Of a DNA stretch of 64,000 bases, positions 41,047 through 50,758 are shown piece by piece. Under the pieces are notes generated by a model. That model was not told the DNA's origin and ran no database searches. It worked only from the letters and a program-made list of their open reading frames with translations. How positions within the stretch are numbered: the stretch's first letter is position 1; each line of letters opens with the position of its first letter. A program made the position numbers and the translations under genes. This DNA comes from Candidatus Latescibacterota bacterium (GTDB lineage Bacteria > Latescibacterota > UBA2968 > UBA8231), in NCBI GenBank assembly GCA_965215195.1, contig CBDCDC010000002.1, positions 3,168,001 to 3,232,000 of the forward strand, given 5' to 3'.

Positions 41047-41095
41047 ACGAGACTGGTTCGAGAAGGCCGATTTATCTAGAAATGGCGACCGCCTT
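41027..41095 (+). pseudogene. HEPN toxin N-terminal stub
   Basis: MSDVSPERDWFEKAD then frameshifted LEMA, overlapping the MNT stop. Confidence 0.55.
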
Positions 41096-41115
41096 TCCAC
41101 CTATAGAACTCCGCG

Positions 41116-42630
41116 ATGAAACTTTTTTCTAAAATTAAAGATAATCCTCTCTTGATCTTTCTCATCTTCCTGCTCATCCTGACGTTCGGGGCTTTCGTGG
41201 GCGTCCTGTTCTTTGAATGTATTGAAACGTATATTTCTAAACTTCTCGGCTTATCCAATAAGAATGGATCTAACAAAAACGAGGTTCTGAAATTTCTGGG
41301 AATCAGCATGGGCGGTATCTTGGTCGCCCTGCAAGCCCTGATGTCCTACAAACGCGCCAAGGCGATGGAGGATACCGCGCAAGCGCAGGCGGATGCTGCG
41401 AACGCACAAGCCAGAGCTACGGAGGAGCAGGCAAAAGCCAACCAGCACACTGAGCAGGGGCAGCAGCAGGAGCGATTTAGAAACGCTATCGAGCACCTCG
41501 GGCACGGAAAGGACTCCGTGCGCCTAGGTGGTGCCTACGAACTCTTCCATCTGGCGCAAGACACCGAAGAGTTGCGTCAGACAGTGCTGGATATTCTCTG
41601 CGCTCATATCCGCCAGACGACAGGCGAATACGAGTATAAGAAAAAGCATAAGGTCCCGGAAGACGTGGTCCCGGAAGACGTGGAAGACGTGTCAGAACCC
41701 TCAGAAGAAGTCCAGAGTCTGTTGAATCTGTTATTTGTTCAAGATCATGATGTTTTCAAAGGACTACGCGCCGACTTGGGGGGAAGCTGGATGAGTGGTG
41801 CCGATCTCAGGACAGCACGTCTAGAAAGTGCTGTCTTGGTCGGAGTGGATCTACAAGAGGCGAATCTCATGAGAGCGAACCTACAAGGGACGAATCTCGA
41901 GGGGGCTCAATTACAAGGGGCAAACCTCGAGGGGGCAAATCTGCAAAGGGCAAACGTCACATGGACTCATCTTGAAAGAACGAACCTAAAGGAAACGAAG
42001 CTGCAAGGGGCGGACCTCACAAGAGCGAACCTGCAAGGGGCGGACCTAAAGGAAACAAAGCTGCAAGGGGTGGACCTCACAAGAGCGAAGCTACAAAGGG
42101 TGAACCTAAAGGGAGCAAACTTGCAAGGGGTGGACCTCACAAGAGCGAACTTGCAAAGAGCAAACCTGCAAAGAGCGAAGCTACAAGGAGTCGTGCTTTG
42201 GGCGGCAAAACTGCAAGGGGTGGACCTCACGGAGGCTCAACTACAAGCGGCTAATCTTTGGGCAGCGAAACTACAAGAGACAGATCTCACGGAGGCTCAA
42301 CTGCAAGGAGTTATTAGCAAAAAGAACTGTTTAATTTCATTTGAAAAACGCATTAGAACCCAAATTGGCAAAGAAAGCGATATGAGCGGAATTACCTTTG
42401 AGGGCGGATTGGGGCAAGATGCTCTAGATTGCATTGTCGGGGATCTCTTCTTGGAAAAAGATAAGAAGTTACGAGAAAAGCTGACACGGCACCTCGACAA
42501 ACCGAAAAGTAATGAACTGCCAGAAAGCAGCGGTGCCATCACTGGCACCTACACCAGAGAAGACGCCGAAAAATGGATCGCTGAATACAACGAAGCCATG
42601 TCGTCCGTCCCCAAAGAGGACACTAACTAA
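41116..42630 (+). CDS. Membrane-anchored pentapeptide-repeat protein
   Basis: Two N-terminal TM segments, ERFRNAIEHLG..VRLGGAYEL, long A(N/D)LxG repeat run; lower GC. Confidence 0.9.
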   Translation: MKLFSKIKDNPLLIFLIFLLILTFGAFVGVLFFECIETYISKLLGLSNKNGSNKNEVLKFLGISMGGILVALQALMSYKRAKAMEDTAQAQADAANAQARATEEQAKANQHTEQGQQQERFRNAIEHLGHGKDSVRLGGAYELFHLAQDTEELRQTVLDILCAHIRQTTGEYEYKKKHKVPEDVVPEDVEDVSEPSEEVQSLLNLLFVQDHDVFKGLRADLGGSWMSGADLRTARLESAVLVGVDLQEANLMRANLQGTNLEGAQLQGANLEGANLQRANVTWTHLERTNLKETKLQGADLTRANLQGADLKETKLQGVDLTRAKLQRVNLKGANLQGVDLTRANLQRANLQRAKLQGVVLWAAKLQGVDLTEAQLQAANLWAAKLQETDLTEAQLQGVISKKNCLISFEKRIRTQIGKESDMSGITFEGGLGQDALDCIVGDLFLEKDKKLREKLTRHLDKPKSNELPESSGAITGTYTREDAEKWIAEYNEAMSSVPKEDTN

Positions 42631-42738
42631 TGCCTATTTTCTTCATTGGCTAAAGAGACGAACATCACCACCTCCTCGCGAGCTCTATCGTCTCCTCGAA
42701 AACCTTTGTGTACGTTGGCGACGACAGCGAGCCAGTGG

Positions 42739-43029
42739 TCATTCCGCCTCAGCCGCTTCAATGATCTCGGTGATATCAAATCCTGCGCCGTCTATGGTCA
42801 TCGTCCCAGTAAAAGAAAGGCCGTCGGCTCCAACCGTGATCAGCAGATTGAGCACCAGTTCGGCTTCCTGTGCTCCAGAAAGAGTAACTGTCCCGGTCAA
42901 TAGAATGGGCGTCTGATCTATTCCGACATTCAAGATACCGTTGATTACCAACGCGCCATCGGGCGAATAATCCTGAAACGTCCAGTCGTTACCTGCAATC
43001 TCCACCGAGCCGCCGCCCTCCCCCGGCAC
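42739..43029 (-). pseudogene. C-terminal fragment of a beta-rich exported protein
   Basis: Coding-like acidic beta-rich sequence with no plausible start or signal peptide. Confidence 0.4.
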
Positions 43030-43043
43030 CGACGTCGTACCGA

Positions 43044-43300
43044 CTAGTACGGAGAAGAAGATATTCTGAAAATCTCACTCCCCGGCATATTGCCCGTTCC
43101 GGTGCCATCGCCGCCACTCTCTACTCCCGGTAGGTCCAAGGCGATGCCGTGTGGATCATCCAATCCGATGACGAGAGCTTCGACATTGAGACCATCCAAG
43201 GTGGCACGATAGATTTTATTCTCTATCCAGTCCGTCCAGTACACATGGCCCTCGGCTACGTCCAAGGCGAGGCCTACTGGCCACCCCCTCCAGTAATGAA
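43044..43300 (-). pseudogene. YWTD (LDL-receptor class B) repeat fragment
   Basis: PVGLALDVAEGHVYWTDW..KIYRATLDG.NVE.LV.GLDDPHGIALD. Confidence 0.7.
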
Positions 43301-43334
43301 AAGCCCCGACATCTCCTTGACGCTGGGGGCAAGC

Positions 43335-44195
43335 TCATCGCTTGTCCAGATTCGCCATGCGCTGCTTAGCTGCGTACACGTAGAAATCGTCATCACCCTT
43401 GCCGCTGTCAACAATCTTCTCTAGCCACAGGGTGGCCTTCTCATCGTCGTTGAGAACCCAGTGGGCTTGGCCTATCTGGTATCGCATTCTGTTGGCAAAT
43501 ACGCCATCTGGAAAATCTAGCATGTAGTCCTCAAAGCAGACTACCATGAGAGTTATGTAATTTCTGGCTGCCTTCTTGTGCCGTAATCTCCGTAGCCGCC
43601 TCCGCCGTAGACAGCCGCTTTAAATCCTCCGCCGCTTCTTCCGCTGCTTCCCACAAGAGTCTTAAATTTTCTGACATAAGCTAGATGTGCAGCATCCGTC
43701 TTGGGGAACTCGGCTATGACCTTGTCGTACCAGTACAAGGCCATGTCTTCCGCGTTAAGCCAGCTCGTATCAATAGTCCAAGAGTCTTTCCTGAAGCCAT
43801 TGGAGAAAAAATCCGCATTGTCTAGATATAGAGAGGCCGTCTCGTCTTCCGAGTGCCCGACAAGCACCTCCTCATAGCTTAGAGGACAGGACATCTATTC
43901 TCTCCGTCACAGCCTGCCCTTCTTCAGAGTCGGGGAATTCTTCTATCAGCGTTCTCCAAGTGTTTATTGCCATGCCAACATCGTCTTCCCGGAAAGAAAT
44001 CATTCCTAATTCGTATAAGCACTTTGCCCTGACGGTGTCGTCATCGACTCTAAACATAAGATTGATATAGGCTAGCTTGGCATCCCGTATCAAGCCATAT
44101 TGCGCCAGCATGGCAGCCCTAGACAGGTCGTCTTCGCTGGAAACAGCAATCGACGAGAAGGCCAGAAGTATTACCGCGAAAATCATCTTGTTCAT
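43335..44195 (-). pseudogene. Exported TPR-like protein split by two frameshifts
   Basis: AGGAGG RBS and signal peptide; three consecutive ORF pieces rejoined by single-base indels near 43875 and 43577. Confidence 0.65.
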
Positions 44196-44296
44196 ACCAT
44201 CCTCCTAGTTAACTGTTCACCTCAGAAAATACATCACTATGCCGCTGACCGCCGACACCACCAGCGATACGACTAGTGAGATGCCTTTTAATGATA

Positions 44297-44323
44297 TAGG
44301 GCGTCCACAAGGGGACGCCCTAC
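44297..44323 (-). repeat. GTAG-type REP palindrome
   Basis: Reverse complement GTAGGGCGTCCCCTTGTGGACGCCCTA, related to the REPs at 16034-16099. Confidence 0.6.
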
Positions 44324-44360
44324 AGCGTGAGCGGGCATCTTCCCTCTGGAGCGATCAGGC

Positions 44361-44645
44361 TCATGCAGCGAATTGGAGCCGCACCCCGCAAGCTCTGACA
44401 ATTTTGTGAACGGTGTCAATCTTCGGGGTGTTCTGCGCCGAGAGCGCACGGGACAGGCCCGATGGATTCAGGCCGGTTCGGCGCGCCAGTTCCGATACGC
44501 CACCGATGGCGTCAGCAACGTTGCGGAGCGCAATCATCAAGTCCTCGTGGTCGGTATCAGGATCTTCGAACACGACATTCAGATAGGCCGCGATGGCCTC
44601 GGGCGTTTTCAGGTAATCACTGGCCTTATGTTCTCTTACGGGCAT
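44361..44645 (-). CDS. Putative addiction-module antidote (HI1420-type HTH antitoxin), orphan
   Basis: ASDYLKTPEAIAAYL, GVSELARRTGL..LSRALS..NTPKIDT. Confidence 0.85.
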   Translation of the reverse strand: MPVREHKASDYLKTPEAIAAYLNVVFEDPDTDHEDLMIALRNVADAIGGVSELARRTGLNPSGLSRALSAQNTPKIDTVHKIVRACGVRLQFAA

Positions 44646-44662
44646 TTCGCTTCTCCTGAGTC

Positions 44663-45670
44663 CTACCCGATCTTCACCGTCCGCTGCCCCTTCCCAGCCC
44701 GCAACACCGCCGTCGCAATCTCCAAAGCGTCGATGCCGTCATCCCCTGTCACTAAGGGCTGTTCGCCCTTGGCCAAGCACTTGACTACGTGTTTGGCTTG
44801 CTCGGCGAACATGTCCTTGAGCGGATAGGTGTACACCCGCTCGCGGCCCTCGCCCGTCTTGAGCGTAAAGGCACCGCTCTTTTGCGGATTGAAGTGCGCT
44901 GGGGCCTTTTGCGCGGTCATGCCAAATTGCAGGGTGCCGGCCGGGCCAATCACGTCGTTGAGGCTCGCCACAGGTGCGCCAGCGGCCACGCCCCAAGACC
45001 AGATCAAGGCGTGCTGGTCGCCGCTGGCAAAGTTGATGATAACGCTCGCGGTGTCAGCACCGACGCTGGTGGGGTCGAATTGCAGGGAAGAGGCTTGCGC
45101 CGAGGCGGCTCGGCCGAAAATCTGCAAGGCGAAATCGTAGTTGTGCACGGCACCGTCCATCAGGGGGCCGCCGCCTTTGTTCACATCGCGGAACCACGGG
45201 CGGCCCGGGCGGCCCCCCGCAGCAAAGCGCCAGATGACCGGCGCACCAACAGCACCCGATTGGACGATCTCCTTGAGCTTGCCCCACTGAGCGTCAAAGC
45301 GGCGCACAAAGCCAATGGTCAGCCGCACGTCGGCTTGACTACAAGCATGCGCCATGCGCCGCGCATCAGCTACCTTCAGCGCCATGGGCTTTTCGCAGAA
45401 CACGTGCTTGCCGGCTTTGGCTGCGGCGACGACCGGGGCGGGGTGCTGGAAGGTGGGGGTGCAGACCCACACCGCGTCAATTTCGGGCAGCTCGAGCAGT
45501 GCTCGGAAGTCTGCGAAATGGTGTTCGGCCCCGAAGTCGCGGGCGAACGCTGCGGCCGCGTCGGCGACGACATCCGCGGCCGCGAGAATGCGCACACCCC
45601 GGATCTGGGATAAGCAATTGGCGTGATGGCGGGCAATGCCGCCGCAGCCGATAAAACCGATATTCAGCAT
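44663..45670 (-). CDS. Gfo/Idh/MocA oxidoreductase
   Basis: GCGGIA, HVFCEKP, GFVRRF, DGAVHNYD. Confidence 0.9.
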   Translation of the reverse strand: MLNIGFIGCGGIARHHANCLSQIRGVRILAAADVVADAAAAFARDFGAEHHFADFRALLELPEIDAVWVCTPTFQHPAPVVAAAKAGKHVFCEKPMALKVADARRMAHACSQADVRLTIGFVRRFDAQWGKLKEIVQSGAVGAPVIWRFAAGGRPGRPWFRDVNKGGGPLMDGAVHNYDFALQIFGRAASAQASSLQFDPTSVGADTASVIINFASGDQHALIWSWGVAAGAPVASLNDVIGPAGTLQFGMTAQKAPAHFNPQKSGAFTLKTGEGRERVYTYPLKDMFAEQAKHVVKCLAKGEQPLVTGDDGIDALEIATAVLRAGKGQRTVKIG

Positions 45671-45816
45671 GATCCTCTCCTATTGGCACGTAGATGGTTG
45701 CGAGAGCAAAGTAATGGCGTCTAGCGCGGCGTTTGTCAAGGGATTGCCCGCAAATCCCAAAGAGGCAACTCATTGTCAAACAAAATGTTACACAGCCTAT
45801 TAACGCTCGGCTTACC

Positions 45817-45845
45817 TTGACTTTTCCCTAGCCCAAGCATAGCTT
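45817..45845 (+). promoter_or_regulatory. Putative sigma-70 promoter
   Basis: TTGACT-N17-TAGCTT upstream of the S55/rib operon. Confidence 0.45.
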
Positions 45846-45886
45846 TTTTCATTCTTTGTCTCTATGGAAAAGGCAAGCAAAAGGTC

Positions 45887-47629
45887 GTGCAGACCTCATT
45901 TCGCATACTAGTGGCGCTGGCGGCTTTGCTCTTGGCCGCTCCCGCGCTCCGCGCCCAACCCGTCATGGCGTCCAGCGAGTTGCGCCGCGGCATGAGCGGC
46001 TTTGGGCTGACGACCTTCCAAGGCACCGAGATCGACACCTTCCAAGTCGAAATTTTGGGGGTGCTCAAAGGGGCCTTGGGGCCGCGCATGGACATGATCC
46101 TCGCCCGGCTCTCCGGCGGCCCATTGGAACACACGGGCCTCATAAGGGGCATGAGCGGCAGCCCGGTGTACATCGACGGGCGGCTCATCGGCGCCATTGC
46201 CTACGGCTGGTATTTTTCCAAGGAACCCATCGGCGGCATCACCCCCATCGCCCACATGCTCGAAGTCGCCACGCGAGAGCATCCCACGCCAAGCCAGTAC
46301 GGAAAAGCTCTAAAACTAGACGAAGAGACCACCCGCCTGCTCGGCGGCGAGGGCGTCAGCACCCTAGCACCGCTGGGGATGCCCATAGCGATTGCCGGCT
46401 TCAGTCCAAGGGGGCGGCAAGTGTTGCGCGACGCGCTTGACGCGCCGGGCATCGAGCTTCTGGACAGCCCGGCCGGGCAGGTGCTGCCCGGCCAAGAGGT
46501 GCCCTGCGCGCCCGGGGCCTCGCTGGCCGTGCAGCTAATCCGCGGCGATTACAGTGCCGCGGCAATCGGCACCCTCACCTGGGTCGGCGACGGGCGTTTC
46601 GTCGGCTTTGGCCATCCGCTGTTTTTGCTGGGGGCCACCAACCTGCCCGCCACCGGTGCCTATATCCACCAAGTCATTCCCACCCAGATTGCTTCCTTCA
46701 AGCTGGGGACGCCGGCCGGCGCAATGGGGGCGGTGCGCCAAGACCGCCTTCCCGCGATTGCCGGGACGCTGGGCGCGATGCCGGACATGCTGCCAGTGAG
46801 GGTCGCCCTGCGGTCGGCGGCTGGCGACCACGACTTTCGCTGCGAGGTGCTGCGCCACCCCGAGCTTAGTGCGTCCCTCGTCCGCTCGGTTTTGTTCAAC
46901 GCCCTCGAAACGGCCGAAAAGCTCTTTGGCGACGCCACGCTGCGGGTGCGCAGCCACATCGCCCTAACCGATGGCCGCACGGTTGAGCGCGAGCAAGTGT
47001 ACAGCAGTGGGATCGCGCTGCTTAGGGCTGTGATAGAAGCCGTGCAGCCGGTCGGCGTGCTGCTCAACAACCCCTTCGCCGGGCTGACCTTAGACTCGCT
47101 GCACTTTGAGTTGGAAATTGGCGAAAGCCTAGCGCAAGCCCGCATCACGGGCCTGCGACTGTCGCCGCCCGATCCCAAGGCCGGGCAGCGGGTTTTGCTG
47201 CAAGCGACGTTGCAACCGTATCGCGCCGAGCCGGTTACAGAGCGCATGGAGTTGGATTTGCCCGCGCATCTCAAACCCGGTCCCTTCGTCGTGCGCATTG
47301 GCAGCGGTGCGGCGAGCGCGCGTTGGGAAGCGGCCCGCCGGCCCGATGCGTTTGTGCCGCGCAATACCGCCGGCTTGCTCGCCTTGCTCGAGCGCACGGG
47401 TGCCGCCGATGAGTTGGTCGTCGAGGTCTTTCGCGCCGGGCCTGGCTTTACAGTAGAAGGGCGCGAGTTGCCCGGGCTGCCCCCCTCGGCGTTGGCCGTG
47501 CTGAGCGCGGACCGCTCGGCCGGGCATCTGGGGCCGGTGCAAGGCGAGGTCGTCCTCCGCCGCACCCTAACCACCGCGTACGTTCTCTCCGGCGAGCAAA
47601 GCCTCGACATGACCTTGAGAAAGCCCTGA
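45887..47629 (+). CDS. SpoIVB-like peptidase S55 domain protein, exported
   Basis: GMSGSPVYIDGRLIGA catalytic-Ser motif, FGHP; signal peptide. Confidence 0.88.
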   Translation: MQTSFRILVALAALLLAAPALRAQPVMASSELRRGMSGFGLTTFQGTEIDTFQVEILGVLKGALGPRMDMILARLSGGPLEHTGLIRGMSGSPVYIDGRLIGAIAYGWYFSKEPIGGITPIAHMLEVATREHPTPSQYGKALKLDEETTRLLGGEGVSTLAPLGMPIAIAGFSPRGRQVLRDALDAPGIELLDSPAGQVLPGQEVPCAPGASLAVQLIRGDYSAAAIGTLTWVGDGRFVGFGHPLFLLGATNLPATGAYIHQVIPTQIASFKLGTPAGAMGAVRQDRLPAIAGTLGAMPDMLPVRVALRSAAGDHDFRCEVLRHPELSASLVRSVLFNALETAEKLFGDATLRVRSHIALTDGRTVEREQVYSSGIALLRAVIEAVQPVGVLLNNPFAGLTLDSLHFELEIGESLAQARITGLRLSPPDPKAGQRVLLQATLQPYRAEPVTERMELDLPAHLKPGPFVVRIGSGAASARWEAARRPDAFVPRNTAGLLALLERTGAADELVVEVFRAGPGFTVEGRELPGLPPSALAVLSADRSAGHLGPVQGEVVLRRTLTTAYVLSGEQSLDMTLRKP

Positions 47630-47633
47630 TCTA

Positions 47634-49664
47634 ATGATACGCACTACGACTCGAGCCCTGTTTGCGTTTTTCTTGGTACTGTCGGCGGCCAGCGCGACCC
47701 AAGCGGGGCGCGCCAAGGCTTGGCAGCAGCATGCGTACGACGACTTCGCCAAAGGCGAGAGCGAAGGCATCTCCATTGCCGCAGACGGTGCGCTGGAGCT
47801 AGCGCCCGCGCTCGTCGAGCTAGCTGCGCTAGACGCCGAGCGCGTCTGGTCTATGACGCCCAACCCCAAGGGGGGTCTCTACGTGGGCACCGGCGATTCA
47901 GGGCGGCTCTTTGCCGTCGATGACGAGGGGCAAGCCGAGTTGCTGTTCGACTCGCCCGAACTCGTGCTTCACGCCCTGATCGCCGGCCCCGACGGGCGGC
48001 TCTACGCTGGCTCGGCCCCCGACGGCCTAATCTACGCGCTCGACGGCGAGGGGCGGGCGGAAACCCTGCTCCAGAGCGGCAGCCACTACGTGTGGGACTT
48101 CGCCCTAATTGACGGCCAGCTCTACGCAGCCACGGGCGAACCCGGCCAAGTGCTCAAAGTCGCCAAAGACGGGTCGCACGAAGTCTTCTTTGCGCCGGAA
48201 GATCGCCACGTTATGACTTTGCTCGCCCACGGCGACCGCTTATACGCCGGCACGGCCGACAAGGGCCGCATCTACGAGATCGATAGCGAGGGCCGCGGGC
48301 GGCTGCTCTTTGAAAGCGCACAAGAAGAAGTTCACAACCTAGTGGCAGGTGCCAACGGGGAGATTTTCGCCAGCGCGATTCCCGCGCCGAGCAAGGGCGA
48401 GAATTCCCCAAAGGTCCCGGCGGCCGTGTACCGAATCGGAGCAGAAGGAGCGGTTTATCCCATCTGGGAGGATGCCGAAGCCCAGCTCGTCAATCTCGTT
48501 GCGGCCGGCGAGCATCTGCTGCTCAGCGCCTCCAACCCGGCGCGGCTTTTGCGCCTCAGCGCCGAGGGCCGCCGTGCATTAGTCGTGCAGTTCGAAAGCT
48601 TCGTCCCCGGCCGCCTCTTGTTCGGGCCAGATGGCGCGCTCCACTTGGGAGGGGCGCAAAAGGCCGCTGTCTCCATCCTGCCCGGGGAGGGCCACCGCAA
48701 GGGGCACTTTGAATCAGCGGTTGAGGACTTTGCCATCCACGCGCGGTGGGGTGCGCTCGAATGGCGCGGCACCCAACCCGCAGACACCCGCATAACCGTG
48801 CAGACGCGCACCGGCAACAGCGAGATGCCGGACAAAACTTGGAGCGCGTGGTCCGAGCCGCTGACCGAGAGCGGGCAAACCATCACCAGCCCCCCGGCCC
48901 GCTTTATCCAGTACCGGGTCGAGATGGAATCCACCCGCGACGGGGCCACGCCCCGGCTCAGCTCGATCGCAGTCCGCGGCGTCCAAGTCAACCTCAAGCC
49001 CCGCATCGTCGAGTTGCAAACCTTTCCCTTCCGGCCGCAACAATCCGGCAACGGCGGCCAACCCCAAGGCACACCCCAAGCTAGCTTAGGGCGGCGCAAC
49101 AATCGTCCACCTCATGCCAAGAGTCTGCGTCTAGTGCGTTGGCAGGCTCAAGACCCCAACGAGGACGAGCTGGTTTACGATCTCTATCTCAAGGGCGAGG
49201 ATCAGCAAGCGTGGAAGCTAGTCGAAGAGAACATCGCGCAGAGCTCGATCGTCTGGGATACCGAATCCATGCCCGAAGGCCAAACCCAGCTCAAGCTGGT
49301 GGCCTCCGATCGCATGGACAACCCAGCGGCCGAACGCCTGCGCGACGAGCGCGAAAGCGCGCCTTTCGCCATCGACAACAGCCCGCCAGCCATTGTGCTT
49401 GACGCGCAGACCAGCGCCGCTGGTGCGGTCGTCGAAGTGGCGATTAGCGACCGCATCTCAGCGGTGCAAAAAGCCCACTACACTATTGACTACGACGAAC
49501 AACAGCACCCCATCGCGCCGTTGGATGGCGTCTTTGACAGCCGCGGCGAAAAGGCGCGCTTTGCCGTTGAGGGGCTGGCGTCGGGCGAGCACGTCATTGT
49601 CGTGCGGGCCATCGACGCCCTCGACAACATCGGCGTGCGGCAAATCGTCATCCAAGTCAAGTGA
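47634..49664 (+). CDS. Exported beta-propeller / fibronectin-III-like protein
   Basis: Signal peptide; G.LYxGT..G.(L/I)Y repeats; TRTGNS..PD.TWS.WS; WQAQDPNED.L.Y. Confidence 0.75.
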   Translation: MIRTTTRALFAFFLVLSAASATQAGRAKAWQQHAYDDFAKGESEGISIAADGALELAPALVELAALDAERVWSMTPNPKGGLYVGTGDSGRLFAVDDEGQAELLFDSPELVLHALIAGPDGRLYAGSAPDGLIYALDGEGRAETLLQSGSHYVWDFALIDGQLYAATGEPGQVLKVAKDGSHEVFFAPEDRHVMTLLAHGDRLYAGTADKGRIYEIDSEGRGRLLFESAQEEVHNLVAGANGEIFASAIPAPSKGENSPKVPAAVYRIGAEGAVYPIWEDAEAQLVNLVAAGEHLLLSASNPARLLRLSAEGRRALVVQFESFVPGRLLFGPDGALHLGGAQKAAVSILPGEGHRKGHFESAVEDFAIHARWGALEWRGTQPADTRITVQTRTGNSEMPDKTWSAWSEPLTESGQTITSPPARFIQYRVEMESTRDGATPRLSSIAVRGVQVNLKPRIVELQTFPFRPQQSGNGGQPQGTPQASLGRRNNRPPHAKSLRLVRWQAQDPNEDELVYDLYLKGEDQQAWKLVEENIAQSSIVWDTESMPEGQTQLKLVASDRMDNPAAERLRDERESAPFAIDNSPPAIVLDAQTSAAGAVVEVAISDRISAVQKAHYTIDYDEQQHPIAPLDGVFDSRGEKARFAVEGLASGEHVIVVRAIDALDNIGVRQIVIQVK

Positions 49665-50758
49665 ACCAGCCCGCGCAATACATGCGCCGCGCCCTGCGAT
49701 TAGCCCAGCGAGGGCGGGGCAAGGTTAGCCCCAATCCCATGGTCGGCGCGGTTGTGGTGCGCGGGGACTGCATTTTCGGCGAAGGAGCCCACCTAAAGGT
49801 CGGCGGCCCCCATGCCGAGGTCCACGCCCTGCGCCGAGCCGGCGACGCAGCGCGGGGGGCTGATCTCTACGTCACGCTGGAGCCTTGCTCCTTTCACGGC
49901 CGCACTCCGCCCTGTACCGAAGCCGTGCTGCGCGCTGGCATTAAAAGGCTCTACTGCGCCATGGAAGACCCCGACGAGCGCGTGACTGGGCGGGGGATTG
50001 CCGCGCTGCGCGAACAGGGCGTCGCCATTGACGTCGGGCTTTGCGCTGAAGAGGCGCACCGCCTCAACGCGGCCTACATCAAGCACCGCACCCAAAACCT
50101 GCCCTTGGTCCTACTCAAGCTGGCGCAGACCCTCGACGGCCGCATTGCAGCGCGCAGCGGCGATGCGCGTTGGATCACCGGGGCCCGAGCGCGGCGACAC
50201 GTCCATCGCTGGCGCTCTTGGGTCGATGCCGTGGCCGTGGGCGCGGGCACGGTGCAAGCGGACGATCCCCTCCTGACGGTGCGCCACGTGCCCGGGCGCG
50301 ATCCGCGGCCCATCGTCATAGACGGGCGCTTGCGCACCTCGCCCGCAGCTCGCGTCTATCAGCGGCCCGGGGCCGTGCTCGTCACCGCAGAGGACACGCC
50401 CGCCGACAAGCGCCGGGCCTACGCGGCCCAAGGGGCCGTGGTTTGGACTTTCCCGGCATCTGCCGGGCGCATCAACTTGCGCCTGCCCCTTGGGCGCATG
50501 GCGCGAGAGGGCATGACCAGCGTCCTCATCGAGGGTGGCGGCCAGTTGGCCGCGGCCGCACTCGGCGACCGCGTCGTCGACCAAGTCCTGCTCTACCTCG
50601 CACCGCGACTGATGGGCGAGGGGGTGGCCGCCATTGGCGACTTGGGAGTCGAGCGCGCGGCCGAAGCCATTCGCCTCGCGTCCAGCCGCATCCAGCGGCT
50701 AGGCCCCGACCTGCTCTACACGGCCGAGGTACAATACACTTGTTCACCGGACTCATAG
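49661..50758 (+). CDS. ribD: Diaminohydroxyphosphoribosylaminopyrimidine deaminase/reductase
   Basis: PNPMVGAV, HAEV, LEPC..HGRTPPC, IEGGG. Confidence 0.96.
   Translation: MNQPAQYMRRALRLAQRGRGKVSPNPMVGAVVVRGDCIFGEGAHLKVGGPHAEVHALRRAGDAARGADLYVTLEPCSFHGRTPPCTEAVLRAGIKRLYCAMEDPDERVTGRGIAALREQGVAIDVGLCAEEAHRLNAAYIKHRTQNLPLVLLKLAQTLDGRIAARSGDARWITGARARRHVHRWRSWVDAVAVGAGTVQADDPLLTVRHVPGRDPRPIVIDGRLRTSPAARVYQRPGAVLVTAEDTPADKRRAYAAQGAVVWTFPASAGRINLRLPLGRMAREGMTSVLIEGGGQLAAAALGDRVVDQVLLYLAPRLMGEGVAAIGDLGVERAAEAIRLASSRIQRLGPDLLYTAEVQYTCSPDS

Noticed and set aside
41860-42310. CRISPR-like periodic repeats
   Set aside because: The repeats are in-frame pentapeptide coding units with no unique spacers, and no cas genes are present
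45671-45886. FMN riboswitch ahead of the rib genes
   Set aside because: No recognisable FMN aptamer motifs; only promoter-like hexamers
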